Both the position numbers and the translations under genes were made by a program. A stretch of 64,000 bases of DNA from Carcharhinus amblyrhynchos (Eukaryota): contig OZ336876.1 of the NCBI GenBank assembly GCA_965287045.1, positions 44,330,001 to 44,394,000 of the forward strand. The letters are read 5' to 3'. Of the stretch, positions 12,900-23,580 are shown piece by piece; position 1 is the stretch's first letter, and every line of letters starts with the position of its first letter. The notes beneath the pieces were generated by a model. It was not told the origin of the DNA. It was given only the letters and a program-made list of their open reading frames with translations, and made no database searches.

Positions 12900-14020
12900 G
12901 GGAACAAAGTGGGAGGAGGCCTGGTGGTCACATACATCCACCTTAGCCAGTGGCACAAGCACAGGATCATGAGGGACAGCAGGGAGGACAAGGAGCGCAC
13001 CATTACCAAGCAGAAGGTACTACTACCCAGCTGCCAGGGTATACAGGCAGCTTTCTCACTACTTGGACAACTCACAGATCCAGTCCGGCAGAAGGTTACA
13101 GCTTTCAAGGGAAACATGACTAAAAAATGCCAGATAATTGGCCCAGAGATAGCCTCCAATCTTGTGAAAGATACCCAATGCCCATGACTCTGAAGGTCAC
13201 TGTAGCACTAAATTTTTATACTTCTATATCATTCCAGAGCATAGCATGCGAGCTATGCGGAGTCTCCCAGTTAGCGGCACACAGCTTTATCGTGCTAGTG
13301 GCTGACACTCTGTTCAGGAATAATAGAACATTCATTCATTTCAGACAGGCAAAGTCAGCCAGGCTGAGCAGGCCAGAGGTTTTGCCACCATTGTGGGTTT
13401 CCCTTGCATCCAAGGTGCCATAGATTACACTCATACGGTCAGCAAGATGCCAGCTGGGCACAACTGTGAACAGAAATGGATTCCACTCAATGGACGTTCA
13501 GCTAATCTATGACCACAAGATCCAGATTCTACAGGTCTGTGCAAGGTACCCAAGCAGCTCCCATGATGCCTACCTGCTATGACACTCTTTGCTGCTCCAG
13601 CTCACCTCAAAGGGTGACTGATTGATGACAAGGGCATCCACTGATGATACCCAAGGATGGAGACAAAGGAGAAATACAAACGCTGCTACGTAACCACAAC
13701 AGTGGAGATGGAGAGGACTATTGGGTTGCTGAAGTTAAAGTTCTGATGCATTAACTGATCCAGAGGTGCCTGCCATGATCCGCCCAAATAAGTGTCACTC
13801 ATTGTAATCTGTTGCACTCTTCATAATCTCACCTTCTCCAAGGGTGAACTTCTACACCTGGAAGCCGATATGGCAGATGCCTGGATCAGAAGAAGACACT
13901 GAGGCTGACTCGGATGCAGATCCCGGGCAGCTAGAAGGTAAGGATGAGCAGGTTGACCTCAGGAATGTTCAGTGGGACAGAACCATAAGATTGGCCCTGA
14001 TTCAGTGCTTTTCTGACTAG
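12900..14020 (+). mobile_element. PIF/Harbinger transposase relic (pseudogenised)
   Basis: MPMTLKVTVALNFYTSISFQ..CELCGVSQ, then GFPCIQGAIDYTH, VNRNGFHSMDVQLIYDH, CARYPSSSHDAYLL, ERTIGLLKLKF: HARBI1/Harbinger DDE motifs with stops and frameshifts. Confidence 0.9.
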
Positions 14021-14284
14021 TCTACCATGCTCTGCCTTCCCACAAAATCCATGGGCATCATACTAACCTCAAACACCTCACACTTAACCACTCCATGAGT
14101 CCAAATGCCTAACTAATAAATGTTTATACCCTGGACATTTATTCACAGCCATTTCTGAGGCTCCTGGCTGTATTGTTTTAAATCCTGAGAATGTAAATAA
14201 TAATGATTAGGGCTGAGAAAGATGCTAAAAGTGCTCACTAAGTGATCGGAATCCGATCACATAATGGATGGTTTTAGCACCTTC

Positions 14285-14515
14285 CTCAGTCTTTATCATC
14301 ACCATTCACATTCCCTTTATCCAATTACAGCTCCCCCTCCCCGCATAGGATAAATCTTCTCTGATTTTCTTTGCCTTCAGTTCTGGTGAAGGGTCAACCT
14401 GACTTGAAATGTTGGTTCTATTTTCTCTCCACAGATGCTGTCAGACCTGCTGAGTTTCTCCAGCATTTTCCGTTTTTGTTTCAGATTCCAGCGTCCGCAA
14501 CATTTTGCCTTTATG
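14285..14515 (+). mobile_element. Penelope-like 3' terminal fragment with degenerate hammerhead core
   Basis: ttctggtgaagggtcaacctgacttgaaatgttgg...tctccacagatgctgtcagacctgctgag; homologous to 11320-11440. Confidence 0.7.
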
Positions 14516-14519
14516 TAAG

Positions 14520-14800
14520 ATTCTGAGATGGATTGAAAGGATAGATGCTAAGTGGCTGTTTCCTTTAGCTTGGAGAGTTTTGGACTCAAGGGCATAATCT
14601 CAGAATAAGGCGTGAACCATTTAAAACTGAGATGAAAAGCTGTCTTCACTCCAAGGATTGTACATTTTTGGGATTCTCTACACCATAGGGCTGTGAGTGC
14701 TCAGTCATTGAGTCTATTCAAGGCTGAGATTGATAGATGTGGCAGAAAACTCAAGGAGCATATGTTCTACTTCTCCCATTTCTTATTTTGTTACGTTCTA
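14520..14800 (+). mobile_element. Old CR1 3' fragment
   Basis: gggcataatctcagaataagg...tttaaaactgagatg...ttcaaggctgagattgatagat. Confidence 0.65.
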
Positions 14801-15184
14801 ATCTTTTAACAAGTTAACAAGAACTCAAAAATTGATAAAAATTAGATGATTAAACAATTGCTTAATCAAGACATAATGGAGAAATTTATGCTTTTGGCAA
14901 TAAATATGAATCACTGGCTTAAATATTCCGGTCTCCATGGTGACAGAAACCAGGCGTGTAACCCAAGATGTGCATTAATACTCTGCAGAGGTCCTGATGC
15001 ATTGGCATCTTTGGAAATTGCCTGAGAATTTTCACCTTTCAAAAGGTAATGATCACACAAGCACATGACCCAATCTGACTACAATCCTGACCCAACAACC
15101 TGCGATCCAACCCAACTACCCCTCCCAACCGTACTATAAGCCTTGACCATTGGTCTCCTACCCCCAGCTCCTGGCTAAATACTT

Positions 15185-16000
15185 TTTTTTTACTTCATTC
15201 ATGGGATGTGGGCTTCATGGCCAGGCCAGCTTTTATTAGCCATTCCTAGCTACCATTGAGAAAGTGGCCGCTGAGCTACATTCTTGAAATGCTGTAGTCC
15301 CTATAGTGCAACTATATCCACAGTGCTGTTAGGGAGGGAGCTTAGGATTTTGACCCAGCAAGAATGGTGATATATTTCCAAGTCAGGATGGTGAGTAGGT
15401 GTTTGTTTTTATCCATTCATGCGACATGGACGTTGCTGGTTGGCCAGCATTTATTGCCCATTCCTAGTTGCCTTTGGAGGGCAGTTGAGAGTCAACCACA
15501 CTGCTGTGGCCCTGGAGCCAGGCCAGATCAGGTAAGGGCAGCAGGTTTCCTTCTCTGAAGGATATTAGTGGATTTTTCTGGCAATTGATAATGGTCAGCA
15601 CTGGATTCTTAATTCCAGACTTTTTTTTATTGAATTCAAATTCCACCATCTGCTGTGGCGGGATTCGAACTCGGGTCCCCAAAACATTAGTTGAGTTTCT
15701 GCATTAATAGCCTCATGTTTATACCATTAGGCCATTGCCTTCCCTTATACATGTGTTTCCATGTATCTGCTCCTCTTGTCCTTCTAGGTGGAAGTAGTCA
15801 TGGGTTTGGAAGATGCTACCTAAGGAGCCTTGGTGAGTTCCTGCGATGCATCTTGTAGATGGTATACACTGCTGCTGCTGTGTGAAGGTGGTGGAGGAAG
15901 TGAATGTCATGAAAGGGGTACCAATCAAACAGGCTACTTTATCTTGAATGGTGTCAAGCTCCATGGGTATTTTTAGAGGCCACTCTACCACTAGCACCAA
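15185..16000 (-). mobile_element. Divergent CR1-group LINE 3' fragment
   Basis: ORF 15719-16000 ELDTIQDKVACLIGTP; same family at 35790-36745, 39200-41510 and 47740-48480. Confidence 0.7.
15405..15744 (-). mobile_element. tRNA-derived SINE, third family
   Basis: Reverse complement of the 33629-33992 copy; B-box-like gagttcgaatccc. Confidence 0.75.
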
Positions 16001-16120
16001 GCCAGGGGATCAATCCTTGTTCGATGAAGTGTGCAGGATGGAATGCCAGGAACAAAATGTAGGCTTTCACAGGTCTGGTCTCACCCCAAGGGAACTGTGT
16101 AACTAGCTTCCTTCAATACT

Positions 16121-18316
16121 TTGATGTTGCCAGACCAGGTGCTAGACTTGGAAGTTGGTGTGCATTTTGGTGATAGTGACCACAATGCGGTTACGTTCAC
16201 CTTAGTGATGGAAAGGGATAGGCATGAACCTCGGGTTAGTAGTTTTAGCTGGGGGAAGGGTAATTATGAGGCTATTAGGAGAGAATTAGGAAGCATAGGT
16301 TGGACTAGGAGACTACAGGGACTGGGAACATCTGAAATGTGGAGTTTTTTCAAGGAGCAGCTACTGCGAGTCCTTGATAGGTATGTCCCTGTCAGACAAG
16401 GAGGAATTGGTAGAGCGAGGGAACCGTGGTGCACTAAAAAAGTTGATTCGTTGGTTAAAAAGAAAAAGGAGGCTTATGTTCGGATGAGACTTGAGGGCTC
16501 AGGTAGTGCACTAGAAAGCTTTAGATTGGCTAGGAGGGAGTTGAAGAGTGAGTTAAGAAGGGCTAAAAGAGGACATGAGAAGACTTTGGCTGATAGGATC
16601 AAGGAGAATCCTAAGGCGTTCTATAGGTATGTTAAGAACAGAAGTTTGGTTAGGGCAAGATTAGGGCCAGTTACAGACAGCAGAGGGAAGTTGTGTGTGG
16701 AACCGGAAGAGATTGGAGAGGCATTGAACCAATATTTCTCTTCGGTGTTCACGCAGGGGGACATGAATGTAGCTGAGGAGAACACTGGGTTGCAGGGGTG
16801 TGAACTAGACAGTATTGCAGTTGATAAGGGGGATGTGCTGGATATTCTCGAGGGTTTGAAAATAGATAAGTCCCCTGGTCCGGATGGGATTTACCCTAGG
16901 ATTCTCTGGGAGGCAAGAGAGGTGATTGCGGAGCCTCTGGCTCTGATCTTCAGGTCGTCGTTGGTCTCAGGTATAGTACCGGAAGATTGGAGGATAGCGA
17001 ATGTTGTCCCATTGTTTAAGAAGGGGAACAGAGACTTCCCTGGGAATTATAGACCGGTGAGTCTTACTTCTGTTGTGGGCAAGGTTTGGGATAGGATTTA
17101 TAGTTATTTGGAGAGTAATGAATTGATTGGAGATAGTCAGCATGGTTTTGTAGCGGGTAGGTCGTGCCTTACTAACCTTATTGAGTTTTTTGAGAAAGTG
17201 ACCAAAGAAGTGGATGGGGGTAAGGCAGTTGACGTGGTATATATGGATTTTAGTAAGGCGTTTGATAAGGTTCACCATGGTAGGCTTCTGCAGAAAATGC
17301 AGATGTATGGGATTGAGGGTAATCTAGGAAATTGGATCAGGAATTGGCTAGCAGATAGGAAACAGAGGGTGGTGGTTGACGGTAAATATTCGTCATGGAG
17401 TCCAGTTACGAGTGGTGTGCCTCAGGGATCTGTTTTGGGGCCACTGCTGTTTGTAATTTTTATTAATGATCTGGATGAGGGTATAGTTGGGTGGATTAGT
17501 AAATTTGCTGATGACACCAAAGTCGGAGGTGTGGTAGATTGTGAGGAAGGGTGTCATAGTTTGCAGGGAGACTTAGACAGGTTGCAGAGCTGGGCCGAGA
17601 GGTGGCGGCGGATGGAGTTTAATGCAGAGAAGTGTGAGGTAATTCACTTTGGTAGGAATAACAGATGTGTTGAGTATAGGGCTAACGGGAGGACTCTGAA
17701 TAGTGTGGATGAACAGAAGGATCTAGGTGTATGTGTACATAGATCCCTGAATGTTGGGAATCAAGTAGATAAGGTTGTTAAGAAGGCATACGGTGTCTTG
17801 GCGTTTATTGGTAGGGGGATTGAATTTAGGAGTCGCAGCGTCATGTTGCAACTGTACACAACTCTGGTGCGGCCGCACTTGGAGTATTGTGTGCAGTTCT
17901 GGTCCCCACATTATAGGAAGGATGTGGAGGCTTTGGAGAGGGTGCAGAGGAGGTTTACCAGGATGTTGCCTGGTATGGAGGGGAGGTCCTATGAGGAGAG
18001 ACTGAGGGATTTGGGGTTGTTTTCGCTAGAAAGAAGGCGGCTAAGAGGGGATCTTATTGAAACATATGAGATGATTAGAGGTTTAGATAGGGTGGATAGT
18101 GATAGCCTTTTTCCTCGGATGGAGAAAGCTAGCATGAGGGGGCATGGCTTTAAATTAAGGGGGGGTAGTTATAGGACAGATGTCAGGGGTAGGTTCTTTA
18201 CCCAGAGGGTGGTGAGGGATTGGAATGCCCTGCCTGCTGCAGTTGTAAATGCGCCTAGTTTGGGGGCGTTTAAGAGATCCGTGGATAGGTTTATGGATGA
18301 AAAGGGATTGGTTTAG
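16121..18316 (+). CDS. CR1 LINE ORF2, 5'-truncated (endonuclease tail, complete RT, C-terminus)
   Basis: 731-aa open frame with HFGDSDH (end of APE domain), KSPGPDG, NYRPVSLTS, QHGF, DFSKAFD, GVPQGSVLGP and KFADD. Confidence 0.95.
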   Translation: MMLPDQVLDLEVGVHFGDSDHNAVTFTLVMERDRHEPRVSSFSWGKGNYEAIRRELGSIGWTRRLQGLGTSEMWSFFKEQLLRVLDRYVPVRQGGIGRAREPWCTKKVDSLVKKKKEAYVRMRLEGSGSALESFRLARRELKSELRRAKRGHEKTLADRIKENPKAFYRYVKNRSLVRARLGPVTDSRGKLCVEPEEIGEALNQYFSSVFTQGDMNVAEENTGLQGCELDSIAVDKGDVLDILEGLKIDKSPGPDGIYPRILWEAREVIAEPLALIFRSSLVSGIVPEDWRIANVVPLFKKGNRDFPGNYRPVSLTSVVGKVWDRIYSYLESNELIGDSQHGFVAGRSCLTNLIEFFEKVTKEVDGGKAVDVVYMDFSKAFDKVHHGRLLQKMQMYGIEGNLGNWIRNWLADRKQRVVVDGKYSSWSPVTSGVPQGSVLGPLLFVIFINDLDEGIVGWISKFADDTKVGGVVDCEEGCHSLQGDLDRLQSWAERWRRMEFNAEKCEVIHFGRNNRCVEYRANGRTLNSVDEQKDLGVCVHRSLNVGNQVDKVVKKAYGVLAFIGRGIEFRSRSVMLQLYTTLVRPHLEYCVQFWSPHYRKDVEALERVQRRFTRMLPGMEGRSYEERLRDLGLFSLERRRLRGDLIETYEMIRGLDRVDSDSLFPRMEKASMRGHGFKLRGGSYRTDVRGRFFTQRVVRDWNALPAAVVNAPSLGAFKRSVDRFMDEKGLV

Positions 18317-18408
18317 GTTAGAGGGTCATTGTTTTTTAACTGGTCGGCGCAACATCGTGGGCCGAAGGGCCTGTTCTGCGCTTTATTGTTCTATGTTCTA
18401 TGTTCTAT
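16130..18408 (+). mobile_element. CR1 LINE copy, young, 5'-truncated
   Basis: ORF2 followed by 3' UTR tgggccgaagggcctgttctg and (ttctatg)n tail. Confidence 0.95.
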
Positions 18409-18499
18409 ACTGTACTATATTTTGATATTTTTTAAGTAAAGAAGATTGAACATCATAACACATTTGACTACCTTTTTGTGGCCAAGTTATCAAATTTTC

Positions 18500-18663
18500 T
18501 TAAAGGACATTAGTGGAACAGATGGGTTTCATAGTCATCATTAGAACTTTAATTCCAGATTTTTAAAATTGAATTCAAGTTCCACTACCTGCCATGGTGT
18601 GATTTGAACCTGGGTCTCCAGATTACTAGTCCAGTGATGATACCGTTATGCCACCTTCTTCCC
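18500..18663 (-). mobile_element. tRNA-derived SINE fragment, third family or a relative
   Basis: attgaattcaagttccac...gatttgaacctggg...attactagtccagtga; resembles 15600-15744. Confidence 0.6.
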
Positions 18664-20744
18664 ATGTACCGCTGATTCCCTATGGTCTCTCCGCTGTTGT
18701 GACTGGACTATCCATCCCAACCAGACTATACCCCTGAACCCAACCTGACCACTGCTAACCCAAGTACCACCTCACCCACCTAGGAACTCACCTACATTCC
18801 GGCTTGTGGACCACCACCTCACCCAACAGTCAACTCATCCACTTATCATCCCATGTACCAGCTACACTACCGTCTTCTACATCATGCACCTTGTATCTCA
18901 CCCACTCTCCACATACCATCCTACCTGTTCAATCATTCATCTACTCACTCATTCACCCATTCACTAACATCCACACTGAACCTTCAAACTTATCAAAGAG
19001 CAATCTGTGTGACAAAAAAGAATGTCCTGTCTACCTCCAAATCTGGAGTGTCCTGATGGAAGCTGCACGACCTACTTCTGATGAAATCAGGCTCAGAAGA
19101 TTCAGCAAGAAATGCGGAGCATCGTCAATCTGGGGCAAAGTTCAAGTAGTGCGGCCTGGCCATGTTTCCGCTTCTCGGATGATCCAGGCCATTAATTTCT
19201 TCCAGCAGTTTTATGAAACAACTATCCTCCAAGGTCTTATACTGACATTATATCGGGGTAGTTGCCTAATAAGCTCAGATATTGTTTAATTAGCTTCTTA
19301 TGCGATATATTGTATTCACTGTTTCTCCAATACCTAGCACCGGTGACAGACTTATAACCTGTAAAATTTCACCTTTGTTTCATTAAATTTCAGTCACATA
19401 GCACAAGTTTGAATGGTCTCAGTTCATAATCAGACTAGTTGGTGTTTGTCTTCATAATTGTATTGAATATAGCATGGTTATTTCACACACCCACCATAAT
19501 GTCTCAACACAATAGAACAAAAATGCAGCGTCATAGGGTTGCATTCCTTGAGGAAATGTTACATTGGATTATTTAGCGATCAACACAACAAATAAATACT
19601 TTTTTAAAAGTCCTGATATCACCTTCCCTGATGAAAAGATATTCATTTCTTTGCAATTATTTCAACAATGGTTAGTGTGGGCTGACTGCAAAGATGGCAC
19701 ACTTGAACAGAAACTTTTTGATTTAATTGCCTGACAAATATAAATAAGATAATTCTTTCTATGCTGATCCTGCAAAGATTATTTAAATTCAATCTTTTTT
19801 CATTCTAGTATTGGAAGGATTGATATGCATGTGCATCACTAATGAACTATTTGGATGCTAAGTACATTTGCACATTAATACACATGAATATGAATGAAAC
19901 AAATATTTTCTTTAATATGAACAAAAACTGGGAAGGTTAGAATATGCATAACTAGTTTGTGGTGGTTGATTCAGTAACATTAATCAACTTACAACAAAAC
20001 ACTGACTCATACTTGTTACTAATTGGTATAAATTTATCAACCTTTCTTGCACTTCTGTACTCTCTTAAAAATCGCAAATGGCGTATGACCCATTTAGTGA
20101 GTGGGAGGAGAATTTTGAAATGAACTTTGAAGTGTGAATCATTAGGTCTACATAGGTAATGGCAATGTTTGAATGAATTAGATTTCATTTGTTCTTTTAA
20201 GATGCAACTTCTTTGATATGTTTTCTTTTATCTTTTCTTCCCAGGGAAGTCTTTCCAAATTGAATAATACACTTAAAAGTTCTGTTTGATAATATTTTCT
20301 ATATAACATTTTAATATAATCACACTGCCAACACCAGACCAGATCCACTCCCACTCATGAAACTTAAGTCAAAATGCTTTTGCAACTGTCAGCACTACTT
20401 TACCTTTTTACAAATTGTAAGATGTAGAATTTTGTCAAGTTGATGATATCAGTCACATTATATCAAACCTGTAGTCTTACAACATGGATGGTGGTTAATG
20501 TAACTGTGTGTCCTTCAGTGAGGTAGTCAAACATAATCTACAAGATACCAATCTTTTATTATGATTTGTTGACTCCAAGTATAACTTACTTTAAACTTTT
20601 CTCTGTCTATGTGATTAAGCAAAGCATGTACGTTCCCATTGTAATAGCTAGACATTTCAGGATGAGCTCAGAGTGTCGTTCAAGGGACAAATTAAAAATA
20701 GAGGTACTACATTCATCTTAAGTGGGTAGTCAGCAAATCACAAT

Positions 20745-21387
20745 AGGTTGGAACTTCTGTGCTGTGATTTTCATAGTTGGATTGCCACTCTGTGTCTTGT
20801 CACCCAAAAATGCAGCTACGTCTTTCTTGCCCAGCCTTCCAACTCAGGCCATGTGGAAAAGGTGCAGTGCAGTGAGTTTCCAAGGTCTTGTCTTGAAGCA
20901 GCAGGGTAGCAGGTAAGGAAACCGTGACTCTTTTTCCACAGAACTAGGTGGAGAGGGCTGTCAGGGGATGGGGAGAGCAATGGGGTCAAGGGGTTGGGGG
21001 GAGTCCTGTGGCAGGTCAGAGGAGGTGGGAGAAGTGGAGGTTGCTGGGGTTCTTATGGGGAAGAGATGCATGTGTAATCAGGGGATGGGAAAGGGTTGGA
21101 AGAAGATTCAAGAAGGGTTGGGTTGGATCCATGCTGTAATTATCTTGAGTTAGAAGTGATTCTTCTCACATTTTGAGGTTAACTATTGTGATAGGACAGT
21201 TCAATGTTTGTGAATTAAATCAGAATTTTGGATGGTTCCCATTGAAGAGCAACTTCCCACAGGAAATTTAAACTTCCTGGGCAATTGCCATTCAATCCTG
21301 ATGTGGAAGCTTCTGGAGGTGTGTTCCCACATTTTTCTTTGGTATATTCCTTGGGTACAACATTTCAGAGCTCAGAAGTTATGGGCC
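20745..21387. mobile_element. Harbinger-type MITE
   Basis: Ends aggttggaacttctg and cagaagttatgggcc are imperfect inverted repeats; aat at 20742-44 and 21388-90. Confidence 0.55.
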
Positions 21388-21488
21388 AATGTATCTAAAC
21401 TCTACTCACTATTGTTAGATACAATGGAGAAAACCACCCCTCTGTGTTAATAATTTGAATTGTTAAAGTAACACAGATGTATTACTAT

Positions 21489-21788
21489 GGGTGGCACAGT
21501 GACACAGTGGTTAGCACTGCTGCCTGATAGTGTCAGGAACTCTGGTTCAATTTCAGCCTTGAGTCATTGTCTGTGTGGAGTTTGCACATTCTCCCCATGT
21601 CTGCGTAGGTTTCCTCTGGGTGCTCCAGGTTCCTCCCACAGTCCAAAGATGTGTGGGTTAGGTTGATTGGCCATGATCATTTGCCCCTTAGTAAACGGGT
21701 GGAATTATGGGAACAGGGACTGGATGAGATTGTTGCTTATGAGACTTGATGGGCCAAATGGCCTCCTTCTGCACTGTAGGGAGTCTAT
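21489..21788 (+). mobile_element. HE1-like SINE, tail split by a MITE
   Basis: Head gggtggcacagtgacacagtggttagcactgc; tail cactgtagggagtctat continues as gattc after 22200. Confidence 0.85.
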
Positions 21789-22197
21789 GGTCCGATTTTA
21801 TCATCAGGTTGCGCCCGTTTTTGGGCACGAAAATGTGGAAAAATCAGGCATGAATCAAATAGCGTGATCTGTCTGGGTGGCGGAGGGGATGGGGGCATAA
21901 GGAGGTCAGAGATGCTGTGGGAGTGGAGCAATGTCTGTTGGGGCCAGGGGGAGACATTGTCTGGCCTGGGAGCAATGTGGCAGGAGAGCCGCATTCTATC
22001 TTTTTTTTGATTGGAGCTGCAGGATTTTGGGCGCGTTAGCCCCGCCCATAGGCTTCTGCAGCGCAATTCGGAATTGCTGATACTTTTTCAGGCAGAGTGC
22101 ATATGGGGTGCCTGAGAACGGGTCTAAAAGCCGGATCTGAAACACTCTCAGTTTCAAGACCACCCAGCGCTCAGGATCAAAATGTTAATTAGGGCCC
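21789..22197 (-). mobile_element. Harbinger MITE, same ends as 39348-41119 and 62067-62523
   Basis: Ends ggtccgattttatcat and atgttaattagggccc; TSD tat at 21786-88 and 22198-200. Confidence 0.85.
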
Positions 22198-22554
22198 TAT
22201 GATTCAAACTGATTCTAACTGAACCCAGATGAACATAGTCAAATCAGTAAATGGACATTGCATTCTTCATCATTCTTTAAACTCGTTGGGTTTGTCAATG
22301 TCAAATAACAGGTTCTATTTTAATAGTCTAATTGGATGTTCAGTTTCCTCAATTTGGTTTTTTCCTTTGATATCATTCTCACATGCAGCTTAGTCTTGTT
22401 TCGTATATTAAATTATTTCCCTTCCTACAGAATACACAGATAATGAAAAAACAAAGAAAATTTACCAACTTGAATTTTAATGTTAAGAATAATTTGTAAA
22501 AGAGAATTTAATTTTTTTTCACAAATGTTACTCCATTGCACAGAATGAAAATTA

Positions 22555-23310
22555 AACAAAGAACATTACTGCACAGGAATGGGCCCTTCGGCCCACCAAG
22601 CCTGTACCGATACGCAGTCTCTATTCCTCTGTTTGCCTCCTGTTTATGAACGTTGCTAATGTGCCTGCTTCCACCACACCCACTGGTAGTGCATTCTGGA
22701 ATCCACCATCCTCCGCGTGAAAAACTTTCTCCACACGTCACCTCTAAACTTACCACCTTACACCTCTTGTAGTCGACCTTTCCACCCTGGGAAAAAGCCT
22801 CCGACTATCCACCCTATCTGTGCCTCTCATAATTCTGTAGACTTCTATCAGATTGCCTCTCAATCTTCAACTTTCCAGTGAAAATAATCCAAGTTTATCC
22901 AACCTCTCCTCATACCTAAAACTTTCCAGACCAGGCAACCTCTTGGTAAACCTTCTTTGTACCATCTCCAAAGCATCCACATCCTTCTGGTAGTGTGGCG
23001 ATCAAAATTGTGTGCAACATTTCAAATACGGCCTCACTGAAGTTTTATACAGCTGTAACATAACTTGTCAACTTTTATACCCGATGCCCTAGCCGATGAC
23101 GGCAAGAATGCTGTATGCCCTCTTGACCACCTTATCCACCTCTGTTGCCACTTTCAGGAATCCATGGACTGCATGCCCAGATCCCTTTGTATTTTCCTAA
23201 TAACTTCATTCCTGTGTTAATGTAAGCCTACTTGTGATTAATAAATAAATTTTAACTTTATGCCAATGCTCCTAAGTGTTCTGCCGTTTGCTGTATAATT
23301 CACATTTGAA
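22555..23310 (-). mobile_element. CR1 3' fragment with a SINE-tail insert (~23199-23258)
   Basis: Minus-strand degenerate CR1 C-terminus and 3' UTR gggccgaagggccc. Confidence 0.8.
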
Positions 23311-23383
23311 CAATAAATTCCAAAGTTTACTAACTTAGATTTGTAAACAGTTATCCAGTTCACTGAGCCAGCTGAAAGACAGT

Positions 23384-23580
23384 GGCCAGAATTTTCCAGT
23401 AGTTTATGCCAGTGGTCTTCTCTGGTTCCGCTAGTGGTTCACCACCTGCAGCTGGTTTCCTGGTGTTGTGGGGCAGCTTCAATGGGAATTCCCATTGGCA
23501 ACAGCGGGTCCAGAAAATCCTGCTGCCAGTGAACAGTACGCTGCCTCCTATCGCTGAGGGGAAGCCAGAGAATCTCACCC
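23384..23580. mobile_element. Short MITE
   Basis: Ends ggccagaattttcc and gagaatctcaccc; central palindrome caatgggaattcccattg. Confidence 0.6.

Larger units (their letters stand above)
14916..19190. mobile_element. Harbinger-type non-autonomous element hosting nested inserts
   Basis: Left end tggcttaaatattcc resembles the reverse complement of right end ggatgatccaggcca; C/A-rich body at 15060-15180 resumes at 18670-19190; similar bodies at 38525-39190 and 58240-58920. Confidence 0.5.

Noticed and set aside
16121-18316. Long RT ORF as a retron, DGR, group II intron or domesticated host gene
   Set aside because: CR1-type motifs, CR1 3' UTR with microsatellite tail, 5' truncation and many related copies: an ordinary LINE
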